The notes: generated by a model not told the origin, from the letters alone. 44,857 nucleotides of DNA from an uncultured bacterium (GCA_963848635.1 CAWKEA010000009.1:1-44857); one strand, 5' to 3'. Shown: positions 23,878 to 33,380, counted from the stretch's first letter. Numbers and translations: made by a program.

Positions 23878-25149
23878 ATGGACACATTCTGGACAAAAAT
23901 AGCCACAGTATTCAAAGATCCAGTCCTGAAAAGACGCATATTTTTTACGTTGGGCGCTCTCGTCATATTCAGATTATTGGCCGCCATCCCAGTTCCAGGC
24001 ATCGATACGTCTACTCTCGACAAGCTCATAAACTCAAGCCAATTCTTCGGCATGCTTGACCTCTTTTCCGGCGGCGGCATATCGCGCTTGTCCATTGTCA
24101 TGCTCGGGGTGGGGCCGTACATCACTGCTTCCATCATCATGCAGCTTTTGACTATGATGGTGCCTTCCTTGAAAAACATGCTCCACGAGGACGGCGAAGC
24201 CGGCCGCATGAAGCTATCGCAATACTCGCGCGTGCTGTCTGTGCCTCTCGCCATGATCCAATCGGTGGGCTTTCTGATACTCCTCGAAAATCAGGGCGTC
24301 ATACCGCATCTTGCTCCTTTTACACTGCTCGTCAATGTCCTCGTCGTCACCGGCGGCTCGGTCCTCCTCATGTGGATCGGCGAGATCATCAGCGAATTCG
24401 GCATCGGCAACGGCGTCTCGCTCATCATATTCGCCGGCATCATCGCTCGCTTGCCAGGCGTCGTGGGGCAGTTTGTGGCCAGCTTTGAACCAGCCTCGAT
24501 CCCTCTCTATATCGTCGGCGTAGCGGTTGCGGTCGTCGTTATCGGCGCAGTCGTCTACATCACCGAAGCAGAGCGATCGGTGCCGGTCACGTATGCAAAG
24601 CAGGTCCGCGGCAACAAGGTCTATGGCGGCGTTTCGACATATTTGCCGCTCCGTCTCAATCAGGCCGGCGTCATTCCGATAATATTCGCCCTTTCGATAC
24701 TCCTTTTTCCTAACATCATCGCCACATTCTTTTCGCATTCTTCGAATGTCATCGTCGCCTCATATGCCACGCAGGTCATGGCCTGGGTCAGCAACCAGTG
24801 GATCTATGGTATCGGCTATTTTATCCTCGTCTTCCTCTTTACCTATTTCTATACCGCGGTAACGTTTGATCCACAGCAGATCTCTGAGAACCTGCAAAAG
24901 AGCGGCGCATTCATCCCTGGCGTCCGTCCTGGCGATTCGACCATGCAGTACCTCGCTCGCGTCGTCACCCGCATCACCCTCGTCGGCGCGTTGTTCCTCG
25001 GCATCATCGCAGTCTTGCCGCTCATCATGCAAGGCTTCACTGGAGGCACGACATTCGCCATCGGCGGCACAGCACTCCTCATCGTCGTCTCGGTCGTTCT
25101 CGACTTGGTCAAAAAAGTAGACGCGCAGATCGCCATGAGGGAATACTAG
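23878..25149 (+). CDS. secY: preprotein translocase subunit SecY
   Basis: 423 aa, 10-TM pattern, LGVGPYITASIIMQLL, GEIISEFGIGNGVSLIIFAGI. Confidence 0.93.
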   Translation: MDTFWTKIATVFKDPVLKRRIFFTLGALVIFRLLAAIPVPGIDTSTLDKLINSSQFFGMLDLFSGGGISRLSIVMLGVGPYITASIIMQLLTMMVPSLKNMLHEDGEAGRMKLSQYSRVLSVPLAMIQSVGFLILLENQGVIPHLAPFTLLVNVLVVTGGSVLLMWIGEIISEFGIGNGVSLIIFAGIIARLPGVVGQFVASFEPASIPLYIVGVAVAVVVIGAVVYITEAERSVPVTYAKQVRGNKVYGGVSTYLPLRLNQAGVIPIIFALSILLFPNIIATFFSHSSNVIVASYATQVMAWVSNQWIYGIGYFILVFLFTYFYTAVTFDPQQISENLQKSGAFIPGVRPGDSTMQYLARVVTRITLVGALFLGIIAVLPLIMQGFTGGTTFAIGGTALLIVVSVVLDLVKKVDAQIAMREY

Positions 25150-25211
25150 AGAAATTTGACAAAGAAATTAGATTTGTTAAACTTATAGCATCTTACAGTT
25201 ACGTCCATCGA

Positions 25212-25244
25212 GATTCCCTCCTTAATCGGAGGGAATCGTTTTTA
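25212..25244 (+). terminator. rho-independent terminator after secY; it overlaps the 3' end of the convergent toxin gene
   Basis: gattccctcc-ttaatc-ggagggaatc, followed by gttttta. Confidence 0.7.
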
Positions 25245-25650
25245 TGGAAGAAAGTATCCCTTCGACTTTATTTCTTAGTACAATGAATTCTTCCTGTTTT
25301 AGCCTAAAGATGAGGCGCAACAGCCTCTTGTTGCTTATGATTTTAATTTGAGATGTCAGTACGGTCTGTAATTTACCCCGATACCTCATCGTGTAGAATT
25401 CATTTTCTGTTCTTATTGTGCTTGTTATCGGCAATGCCCACAAGAGATCATCGTTCACTTTCTTTAAAACAATGATCGGCCTTTCGAAAAGCTCATTTTT
25501 ACCATCTATTTCATGACCAATATTAACTCCAAGGGCAGCCCACCAGACTTCTCCCTCCAGAAAGAAAAAGTCCTCAGGAGGGATGCGTTCCTCTATGAGT
25601 TTTTTGTGCCTATTCCATTCGTTATATTTTTTGACATGCTTTTTACCCAT
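25222..25650 (-). CDS. PemK/MazF-family toxin-like protein (orphan)
   Basis: FFLEGEVWWAALGVNIGHEIDGKNELFERPIIVLKK...LWALPITST matches the MazF/PemK core pattern (GeiWw..lG.N.G.E..GK....RPvlVl.....l...PlTs). Confidence 0.65.
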   Translation of the reverse strand: MGKKHVKKYNEWNRHKKLIEERIPPEDFFFLEGEVWWAALGVNIGHEIDGKNELFERPIIVLKKVNDDLLWALPITSTIRTENEFYTMRYRGKLQTVLTSQIKIISNKRLLRLIFRLKQEEFIVLRNKVEGILSSIKTIPSD

Positions 25651-25943
25651 ATTTTATGAATTATACTCGTCAAGGATTAAGAAAAGTTAAAATAATGATA
25701 AAAATTCCTTAATCACGTTGTTATGCCTAGATATTTTCAATAAAAAAGCCCGACGTGTCGGGGCTTGACACGGGGCTTGAAACTTTCAAAACGGCTGTAT
25801 TCCATGCTAGTATTCATTTATACAAACTTTTCACGGTCAAAGGAAGTAAATTCCTTGATGCGACTGCGCTCGGACGTCGTGTGAATGACGACATTCACAC
25901 ACGCTCCTCGCTTGTTGCAATAAAAAGAAAAGAAAAACAAAAA

Positions 25944-26555
25944 ATGACGCAACACATATGCATCTTCATCGGCAGATACGGTTCGGGCAAGGGAACACAG
26001 GCGAAATTATTGATTGAGGCTCTGAAAAAAGCTGACACGAGCAGGAACGTCCTCTATATCGAGACAGGCGCGGAATTCAGGAAATTTACGGCAAAAGAAG
26101 GCAACCACACGGCGGAAATGACGAAAAAAGTCATCGATGCGGGAGGTCTCTTGCCTGAATTCATGCCGATACACCTCTGGAGCAACTTGCTTGTCGATAA
26201 TTTTACCGGAAATGAGAGTCTCGTCCTCGACGGAACGCCGAGAAAGATGCTCGAAGCGCAGATACTGGATCCTGTTTTTTCGTTTTACGGCACCGCGAAG
26301 CCAAAGGTTCTGTTTTTGAGCGTCAGCCATGAGGTCTCACTGCATCGCCTTGCCCTCCGCAGTGCCAAATCGGGCAGGGCAGATGACAGCAAGGAAGCGA
26401 TAGAAAAACGCAAGAAAGCCTTTGAAGCCGACATCGACCCTGTCATCGAATGGTATCGCACGAATCCGAATGTCGATTTTTTTGAGATCAACGGCGATCA
26501 ATCTGTCCAAGACATATATGCGGACGTTGTTAAAAAGATAGGATTGAAGGGGTAG
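25944..26555 (+). CDS. adk: adenylate kinase (short form, no zinc lid)
   Basis: ICIFIGRYGSGKGTQAKLL is a P-loop, and the gene sits after secY. The ORF is open from 25755 but that upstream part is non-homologous; ATG 25944. Confidence 0.8.
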   Translation: MTQHICIFIGRYGSGKGTQAKLLIEALKKADTSRNVLYIETGAEFRKFTAKEGNHTAEMTKKVIDAGGLLPEFMPIHLWSNLLVDNFTGNESLVLDGTPRKMLEAQILDPVFSFYGTAKPKVLFLSVSHEVSLHRLALRSAKSGRADDSKEAIEKRKKAFEADIDPVIEWYRTNPNVDFFEINGDQSVQDIYADVVKKIGLKG

Positions 26556-26593
26556 AATCGAGAAAGTTCTAGTATCTACTTCTATTCAAAATA

Positions 26594-27382
26594 ATGATCA
26601 CAATTAAGACAAAGGAAGATATAAAGATATTGCGCGAAGGCGGCCGACGCCATGCATTGGTCATGAAAAAATTGGCAGAAGCAGTGAGGCCCGGGCTCGA
26701 AACACGCGAGCTTGATGCAATGGCAGTCAGGCTCATCAAGGAACATGACACGGACAATTCGGGCGACGAGTCGGCGCTTCTCGGCTTCCAACCGAAGGGA
26801 GCAAAAAGGCCTTACCCTGCGAGCATCTGCGTCTCTGTCAATGAAGAGGTCGTGCACGGCATTCCGACGGAAAATAGCCGCGTTTTGCGGGAAGGCGATA
26901 TCGTCAGCATCGATTTTGGCCTCAAGCACGGGAATCTTTTTACCGATATGGCCGTGACGGTGCCTGTCGGCAACATCGATCTGAAGATTTCTGTCCTCGT
27001 CGAAATGACAAGAAAAGCCCTCATGGCGGGGATAAAAGCGGCAAAAGGCGGTAAAAAGATCCTTGATATCGCAGTGGCTGTGGAGCGCACGGGCCAAGGC
27101 GGCGGCTATGGCATCGTCGAGGATCTGGTCGGCCACGGAGTCGGCTATGGCGTTCATGAAGAGCCGTATGTTCCGAACTATGTCTCCGGCGTGCGGGACG
27201 AAAAGATCGTCCTTCAGCCTGGAATGGTTCTGGCCATTGAGCCGATGTTCAATCTCGGCGGCAAAGAAGTCTATCAAGCAGACGATGATTACACCGTCAT
27301 CACTTCCGACGGCTTGCCCGCGGCGCATTTCGAGCATACGGTCCTCATTACAAAGGGGAGCGCGGAGATATTGACGGTTTGA
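26594..27382 (+). CDS. map: methionine aminopeptidase type I
   Basis: MITIKTKEDIKILREGG, EVVHGIP, GDIVSIDFG, GHGVGYGVHEEP, LAIEPM, AHFEHTV. Confidence 0.92.
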   Translation: MITIKTKEDIKILREGGRRHALVMKKLAEAVRPGLETRELDAMAVRLIKEHDTDNSGDESALLGFQPKGAKRPYPASICVSVNEEVVHGIPTENSRVLREGDIVSIDFGLKHGNLFTDMAVTVPVGNIDLKISVLVEMTRKALMAGIKAAKGGKKILDIAVAVERTGQGGGYGIVEDLVGHGVGYGVHEEPYVPNYVSGVRDEKIVLQPGMVLAIEPMFNLGGKEVYQADDDYTVITSDGLPAAHFEHTVLITKGSAEILTV

Positions 27383-27512
27383 GATAGGCTTAAGACTTAG
27401 GATTTAAGATTCAAGATAGATACGGAAGCTCGGTTTCTTGAATCCTGAATCCTGAATCTTAAATCTTGAATCAAGTATGCTAGTATAGAAAACATAATCA
27501 AATAATATATAC

Positions 27513-28109
27513 ATGAATAATCACCCAAAGCACGAACGCACCCTTGTCATCATCAAGCCTGACGGCATCCAGCGCGGCCTCGCTGGCGAAGTCGTGAGCC
27601 GTTTCGAGCGCGTCGGACTCAAGATCATAGCCATGAAAATGATGATGGCTACGCCAGAGCTCGTTGAAAAACACTATACGCTCGATCCAGAATGGCGCCG
27701 CGTCACCGGTGAAAAGACGATAAAAAACTACGTGAGCAAAGGCTTGACGCCCCCGTCGAATGATCCTCTTGAAATAACGGCCAAGATCCTCAAGAACCTC
27801 ATCACCTATATGACCGCAGGCCCGATCGTCGCTTTTGTCCTCGAAGGCGCGCATGCGGTCCAGATCGTCCGCAAGATCGTCGGCTCGACAGAGCCCTTGA
27901 CTTCGAGCGTCGGCACTATTCGCGGCGATTATGTCCTTGATTCGTATCAAATGTCAGATAGCGACAGCCGTGCCGTGCGCAATGTGGTGCATGCTTCTGG
28001 TTCTGTCAAAGAAGCTTCTGACGAGATCAATCACTGGTTCAAGCCGGAGGAATTGATGAAATACAAGACTGTGCACGAGGATATGCTTTACGCCGCGGAT
28101 ATTCGCTAG
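27513..28109 (+). CDS. ndk: nucleoside diphosphate kinase with an internal insertion (198 aa)
   Basis: ERTLVIIKPDGIQRGL, GPIVAFVLEG, TIRGDY, RNVVHASGS (active-site His). Confidence 0.85.
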   Translation: MNNHPKHERTLVIIKPDGIQRGLAGEVVSRFERVGLKIIAMKMMMATPELVEKHYTLDPEWRRVTGEKTIKNYVSKGLTPPSNDPLEITAKILKNLITYMTAGPIVAFVLEGAHAVQIVRKIVGSTEPLTSSVGTIRGDYVLDSYQMSDSDSRAVRNVVHASGSVKEASDEINHWFKPEELMKYKTVHEDMLYAADIR

Positions 28110-28184
28110 ATTCTTGAAAGCTCGTTCGGATGGTCTCAATAAAGGCTTTTCATCGGCTTACCATTGAGGGTTATCCACATACGC

Positions 28185-28215
28185 CTTGACTTTACCCGGT
28201 GTGTGGCTGGTATAA
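28185..28215 (+). promoter_or_regulatory. candidate promoter of the pilin gene (TTGACT-N19-TGgTATAAT) with a ~130 nt leader
   Basis: ccTTGACTttacccggtgtgtggcTGgTATAATagc. The spacer is 19 nt, which is long. Confidence 0.4.
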
Positions 28216-28346
28216 TAGCTGTCAAAGCTAAATCAAGCTTATTATGGTGAGCTCAGCGCTGGCGAGGATGATAGTTCTCACAGCATCTGTACCGCCATAA
28301 AAAGGTATAAACCTTTAATTATCAAGTAATTCATTAATTAATTTAA

Positions 28347-28844
28347 ATGAAAAGAAAAAATGTAAAAGGCGGTTTCACCCTCATCGAATTGCTCGTCGTC
28401 ATCGCCATCATCGGTATATTGTCCTCGATCGTCTTGGTCAGCTTGCAGTCAGCTAGAAAGAAGGGTACTGATACGCGTGTTATCGCAGACGTTCAGCAGA
28501 CTCGCGACGCTCTTGAGACTGGCTATACTGGTACTTATTATCCTGATTTGGGCAACAATAACTCGAATGCTGTGGTTGCAAGTAATTCGTCGTGTACTAT
28601 CGCCAATTGGAACAATGACACTGCCTCTCAAGGTTCAGCATTGAATACGCAACTCGGAGATGCTTGCGCACAGGGCGGCACAAATGATATTAGTATATTT
28701 GTAGCACCTGTTACTGCCTATAATACCGTAAATGCCTACGCTATCTATGGTAAGCTTGTCAGTAGCAGTAACTATTTCTGCATCGATTCAACAGGCAAGA
28801 CTAATCCTGCTACGAGCACCAACGCAGGTATCACCTGTCAGTAG
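28347..28844 (+). CDS. type IV pilin-like protein
   Basis: MKRKNVKGGFTLIELLVVIAIIGILSSIVLVSLQSARKKG: G/F cleavage site and Glu at +5. Confidence 0.88.
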   Translation: MKRKNVKGGFTLIELLVVIAIIGILSSIVLVSLQSARKKGTDTRVIADVQQTRDALETGYTGTYYPDLGNNNSNAVVASNSSCTIANWNNDTASQGSALNTQLGDACAQGGTNDISIFVAPVTAYNTVNAYAIYGKLVSSSNYFCIDSTGKTNPATSTNAGITCQ

Positions 28845-28934
28845 TCTTTCTCGAAAATTTAGTTTAAACAAAACCCCTTACGAGGGGTTTTGTTTTTATA
28901 TCTTGCAAAGTCATGCTATATTGGTTTGACTTAT

Positions 28935-30713
28935 ATGATGCAGAAAATCACTGATTGGCTGAACGGCGCTGGACAATATGTCGCCAAAATATCAAAATCT
29001 GTTTATGTTTTCTTTATTCTTCCGACGGCTCGGTATGTGAACAAGAGGGAATACCTGAAAATTTTTTTGGTGTTCTCGCTCTTCTTTACGGTTTTTTGTG
29101 CTATGTATTTCTCTTTAAACACTCTTATATCAAGTGACGATCATTTCTTTCACTTCCGCTTTGCTTACGAGATGCGTACGAACGGGCTTCTCAGTTCATT
29201 CTACAACTTCAAATCGATCTACTTTACAAAAATTGCCCAAGGAAGCCAGTATTTTATTTACTACAACTTTCTTTTTTACCTCGTCATAATTCCGTTCACA
29301 TATATTCAACCCCTTGTTCTTGGCATAAAGCTTTATGCAGTTATCGCCGCCGCTCTGTCATTCACTGTCTTTTATTGGTGTCTCGGACGATTTAAAGTGA
29401 AGTATCCATTTTTATGGGTTCTCGCCATTTTGGCGATAACAGGATTGGCTCCTATAGTCCGATTGTTCTTGTCTCGGCCGTACGCTCTGACGCCGGCTCT
29501 ACTTCTTGTGTTTTTGTATTTCTTGAACAAGAAGAACCATTGGGGCGTTCTTATCATTAGCTTCGGCTACCTATTTTGGCATGGGGCGACTTTTTTTCTG
29601 CCTCTTGGTGTGGCATTGGCATATTATGTCTTTGAAAGATTCTATCAGGGCAAGGGAGATTGGAAAAATCTGGCTTACTGTGCCGGCGGCACAGTTGGAG
29701 CAGTCGGCTTGGTATATATGATGACTCCAGGATTTTTTCTCTACATCCAAGATAACATTTGGGGTGTTTTTTGGGACGTTATCATAGGCAAGAAAGTCAA
29801 TATCGCCGAGGGGAGCGAATTATACCCGACCGATTTCTTTGACTTTATCAGGACAAACACATATATATTCGCTTCGTTGCTTGTTGTTGCGAGCGTCGAG
29901 ACGGCAAGATACATAAGGTACAAAAGGGAAGGCCTCAATGAGCAAACCGGCTCTTATTCATATGAGTCGTATGTTGTGCGCACGACGCTCTGTTTTCTGT
30001 GTGTCGGCATATTGCTGAGCGTCTTTGTCGTCAGTGCGCGCTTTAATGATTATTTTGCCGCGTTTGTCGGCCTTTATATAGCTATTTCTTTCGATGACAT
30101 AAAGAATTTTGTGTTGATCTCGGATAGATATGTATCAAGAGGGCTTGTTATCGGAGGGCTTATCGCCGTCTTTTACCTATGTTTCTCGAACGGCCTCAGC
30201 CTGTATCAATCGCTCGGCAATGGTGTTTTACCTGATGAATGGCGAAAGGTTGGAGCTTGGCTTGACGATAATACGAAGCCTGGGGATATTATTTTCAATA
30301 CGAATTGGGGCTGGTTCACCGAGCTATATTATTATGCTCCGCATGACGATTACATTATAGGATTGGAACCGCGGCTGACCTATGTATATAGCCCCAAACT
30401 CTATTGGCTCTGGTGGCACATTGGTACGGATGGCTATGTCTGCGATACGGAAATATGTGACGCACAGCAAACAGCCAAGGTGAAAGCTCTAAAAGGTTCT
30501 CAAACCGAGAAAAAACAGTGGTACGTCGACCAAGGAAACGCCATAGCAGATGTGCTTCTCAGTGACTTCCATTCGCGATATCTTATTTCGACCAGCGATT
30601 ATTCATCCCTTGAATATGCCTTGGACAATAGCCGTCGATTCGAGCGCGTGCTCACTGATAATGCGAAATATATATATGAAGTCGAGGCGACATCGACGCT
30701 TGCCGTAAAATAG
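28935..30713 (+). CDS. polytopic membrane protein, GT-C-fold (ArnT/PMT-like) glycosyltransferase candidate
   Basis: About 12 or more predicted TM helices. An acidic DD motif in the first external loop (ISSDDHFFHFRF) and a large C-terminal soluble domain. The ORF is open from 28890. Confidence 0.5.
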   Translation: MMQKITDWLNGAGQYVAKISKSVYVFFILPTARYVNKREYLKIFLVFSLFFTVFCAMYFSLNTLISSDDHFFHFRFAYEMRTNGLLSSFYNFKSIYFTKIAQGSQYFIYYNFLFYLVIIPFTYIQPLVLGIKLYAVIAAALSFTVFYWCLGRFKVKYPFLWVLAILAITGLAPIVRLFLSRPYALTPALLLVFLYFLNKKNHWGVLIISFGYLFWHGATFFLPLGVALAYYVFERFYQGKGDWKNLAYCAGGTVGAVGLVYMMTPGFFLYIQDNIWGVFWDVIIGKKVNIAEGSELYPTDFFDFIRTNTYIFASLLVVASVETARYIRYKREGLNEQTGSYSYESYVVRTTLCFLCVGILLSVFVVSARFNDYFAAFVGLYIAISFDDIKNFVLISDRYVSRGLVIGGLIAVFYLCFSNGLSLYQSLGNGVLPDEWRKVGAWLDDNTKPGDIIFNTNWGWFTELYYYAPHDDYIIGLEPRLTYVYSPKLYWLWWHIGTDGYVCDTEICDAQQTAKVKALKGSQTEKKQWYVDQGNAIADVLLSDFHSRYLISTSDYSSLEYALDNSRRFERVLTDNAKYIYEVEATSTLAVK

Positions 30714-30720
30714 GACATCT

Positions 30721-31800
30721 ATGAAACTTTCCATTGTCATTCCAGTTTTCAATGAAAAAGGAACCCTGCCTTTGATCTTGAAGAGGATCGCCGATGCAGA
30801 TCTCATCGATGGATTTGAAAAAGAGATAATCATCGTCGACGATTTTTCCACAGAAAGGGTGATTTTACCGCCGGATACTAAAGGCCATTCATCCATTACT
30901 TACAAAATCATTCGGCATGAGATGAATCGCGGCAAGGGAGCGGCAGTGCGGACAGGGTTTTTAGAAGTCACTGGAGGTTTTGTCGTTATACAAGATGCCG
31001 ACCTTGAATATGATCCAGCTGACTATAATAGGCTTTTGCCGCCGCTCGTTCAAGGAGAAGCTGATGTCGTCTATGGTTCGAGATTTTCGAATGGTGCGAG
31101 GCCGACAGGCATGTCTAAAAAGAATTATCTGGCGAATCGCTTTCTGACGGTTTTTTCAAATATTTTGAGCGGGATGAAGATAACGGATATGGAGACATGT
31201 TACAAGATGATGACGCGAAAAGCAGTCGATTGCATCTCACGTAGGCTCACTTCGGATAGATTTGGCATCGAACCTGAGATCACCGCTCTTGTTAGAAAGA
31301 TGCGGATTGTCGAGGTGCCAGTAAGCTATGTCGGGCGCACTGCCGAAGAGGGCAAGAAGATAGGCTGGTTCGATGGGATTGAGGCGATCGTAAAAATCAT
31401 TAAATTCAATTTTCCGTTCTCTGACTCCCGCATCATCCGTTTCGTCATCTCCGGCACTATTGGCGCCGTCACGGATCTATTCCTGCTATGGTTCCTCACA
31501 GCCGCTTTCGGGATTTGGTATCTCGCATCGGCCATCATTGCTTTTATCCTGTCATTTGTCGTCAGCTTCTTCTTGCAGAAATTATGGACGTTTAAAAATA
31601 GGGAAGCGGATAGGACGCATGTTCAGGCAGGCATATATCTTGCTGTCACGCTCTGCAATCTCGGCGTCAATACGCTCCTTGTGTATGTCTTCGTGCGGTA
31701 TTTTTCCCTCCATTACCTGTTGGCACAGATCATCGCGTCAGTCCTCATCGCTTTTGAGAGCTTTTTCGCTTACCGTGAGATCGTATTCAAGAAGAAATGA
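30721..31800 (+). CDS. GT2 polyprenyl-phosphate glycosyltransferase (DPM1/ArnC-like) fused to a C-terminal GtrA-like membrane domain
   Basis: LSIVIPVFNE, IIIVDDFSTE, VIQDADLEYDP; C-terminal RFVISGTIGAVTDLFLLWFL... with four TM helices. Confidence 0.8.
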   Translation: MKLSIVIPVFNEKGTLPLILKRIADADLIDGFEKEIIIVDDFSTERVILPPDTKGHSSITYKIIRHEMNRGKGAAVRTGFLEVTGGFVVIQDADLEYDPADYNRLLPPLVQGEADVVYGSRFSNGARPTGMSKKNYLANRFLTVFSNILSGMKITDMETCYKMMTRKAVDCISRRLTSDRFGIEPEITALVRKMRIVEVPVSYVGRTAEEGKKIGWFDGIEAIVKIIKFNFPFSDSRIIRFVISGTIGAVTDLFLLWFLTAAFGIWYLASAIIAFILSFVVSFFLQKLWTFKNREADRTHVQAGIYLAVTLCNLGVNTLLVYVFVRYFSLHYLLAQIIASVLIAFESFFAYREIVFKKK

Positions 31801-31829
31801 AGGGTTTTCTTATGACGACGATTTGATGG

Positions 31830-31997
31830 TTATTTTTTGTTTTTCGCGTTTCTGCGCCACTCCATAATACAAGCTCCTAGCAACAATCCAATTTCAATAA
31901 TGCAAAGAAAAGCGGTAACTTCCCATAGGCTTTTTCCCCAGAAATATGAGAGCGCAAGGCAGACGTAGACGGCAATGCCGCTCATTGTTGTGCCCAT
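31830..31997 (-). CDS. possible 55-aa small membrane protein (below the ORF-track cutoff)
   Basis: Manual translation: MGTTMSGIAVYVCLALSYFWGKSLWEVTAFLCIIEIGLLLGACIMEWRRNAKNKK, giving two hydrophobic helices and a basic tail. Confidence 0.3.
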   Translation of the reverse strand: MGTTMSGIAVYVCLALSYFWGKSLWEVTAFLCIIEIGLLLGACIMEWRRNAKNKK

Positions 31998-32098
31998 AAA
32001 GAATCCAAAAAGGTGTCCTTTTCAGGTTTTGTGAGTTTAGATTCTCTTTATAATTATTTTAACCTTTCTTAATCTCGCATCGGTATAATGCTTGGATT

Positions 32099-32530
32099 AT
32101 GCGTACAGATCGAGCTTCGTTTGAAGAATTTTATAAAAGCATCGGCAAAACATATAGTCCTTATTTCAAGGACTATATTTATTTCACAGATGTCGGCTTT
32201 AAACATATCCGATTCAAGAATGAGCAACTGATGCGGCCGTCAAAGGATATCGAAATGCGCATCAGATTATTGCCGATAGTCATAAAGATCATTGGCGCAT
32301 CGCATACAGTGCAAAACAAGACTATCAGAAAAAGGCTTGAGCATAGATATGTGAACAGCCGCAAGGAACTTGCAATGATCGATGTTACTTACTACGAATT
32401 TATCGCAATTATTGATGATTGGAGAGTCAGGGTAGTCATAAAACAGGTGAACAATGCTGAAATGATATTCTTGAGCGTTATTCCAGCCTTTAAACAAAAA
32501 ATGCCACTCGAAGAGAGTGACATCCTTTGA
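32099..32530 (+). CDS. hypothetical protein
   Basis: Clean ORF in an AT-rich segment. No motif was recognised with confidence. Confidence 0.5.
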   Translation: MRTDRASFEEFYKSIGKTYSPYFKDYIYFTDVGFKHIRFKNEQLMRPSKDIEMRIRLLPIVIKIIGASHTVQNKTIRKRLEHRYVNSRKELAMIDVTYYEFIAIIDDWRVRVVIKQVNNAEMIFLSVIPAFKQKMPLEESDIL

Positions 32531-32852
32531 TTGCATTTGGTTACAGCGAATAGCCGTCACGGGTAACCCCCCCAAATGCTGAGTTAATTATAGCAAGAAG
32601 AAACCATCAGTCAATACAGGTGAGCCTTTTTCATTCTGTGGCGCCGCTTCGATAATCCCTAGGACGAGCCCGTGGCGATTGTGCTCAATCGTCTGGTGAA
32701 TCGCCTATGCGGCATCTCGAAGATCCTCTGTGAGAACTACAGGAATATATCATGTAGCAAAATGACCTACTGGGGTCGCTCACTTTGTTCGCTCCTTATT
32801 CCTGTGGACATCCCTTGACGCAAAGAACATTTATTCTTGCTATACTTGCACC

Positions 32853-33380
32853 ATGAAAATATCACATCGTTCGGGCAATAAAGGCTTCACTCTCGTGGAA
32901 ATGATGGTCGTCATAGCTATCATCGCCATCCTTACCGGTATCATAATAACAGGTCTTGTCGGTTCAAAGGCGAAGTCGCGCGATGCCAAGCGGGCGTCGG
33001 ATCTTTCTCAGATACAATTGGCTGTTGAGCAATTCTTCGATAGGTGCGATCAATATCCGACTTCGCTGATTCCCACTGCAGGCGGTGCTGGCATTTGCCC
33101 TAATAATACAAGCGGTATTCCTATTACGTTCGGGAATTTTATTTCAGTGATTCCAAAGGATCCAACGACGAATAGCTCTTATGATTATGTAGTGAACAAT
33201 GGGACCACTCCTACTGATTACGTTTTGCATACTAAATTCGAGGCTGTAAATTCAGTTTCACCGCAGAGCGCTCCTGTCCCTAATTGGTGGACGGTATCCC
33301 AATCTTTTGCAAGCAATCCCTCGGTGACAGGCTCATCATCATGCGATACGTTATTGAATTACTGCGTCCGGCCGAATTAA
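32853..33380 (+). CDS. type IV pilin / pseudopilin (GspG/PilA-like)
   Basis: GNKGFTLVEMMVVIAIIAILTGIIITGLVGSKAKSRDAKRASDLSQIQLAVEQF. Confidence 0.88.
   Translation: MKISHRSGNKGFTLVEMMVVIAIIAILTGIIITGLVGSKAKSRDAKRASDLSQIQLAVEQFFDRCDQYPTSLIPTAGGAGICPNNTSGIPITFGNFISVIPKDPTTNSSYDYVVNNGTTPTDYVLHTKFEAVNSVSPQSAPVPNWWTVSQSFASNPSVTGSSSCDTLLNYCVRPN

Noticed and set aside
28270-32745. An 11-nt reverse-complement match (agttctcacag at ~28276 with ctgtgagaact at ~32731) in the two pilin upstream regions.
   Set aside because: Matches of this length are expected by chance hundreds of times in a 45 kb window on two strands, and the surrounding sequence does not align.
32531-32852. 320-nt non-coding stretch upstream of the major pilin gene, considered as a structured RNA.
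   Set aside because: I found only an extended -10 (TGcTATACT at 32837-32845, with a TTGACG 20 nt upstream). There is no convincing conserved structure or repeat, so there is not enough evidence to call a feature.
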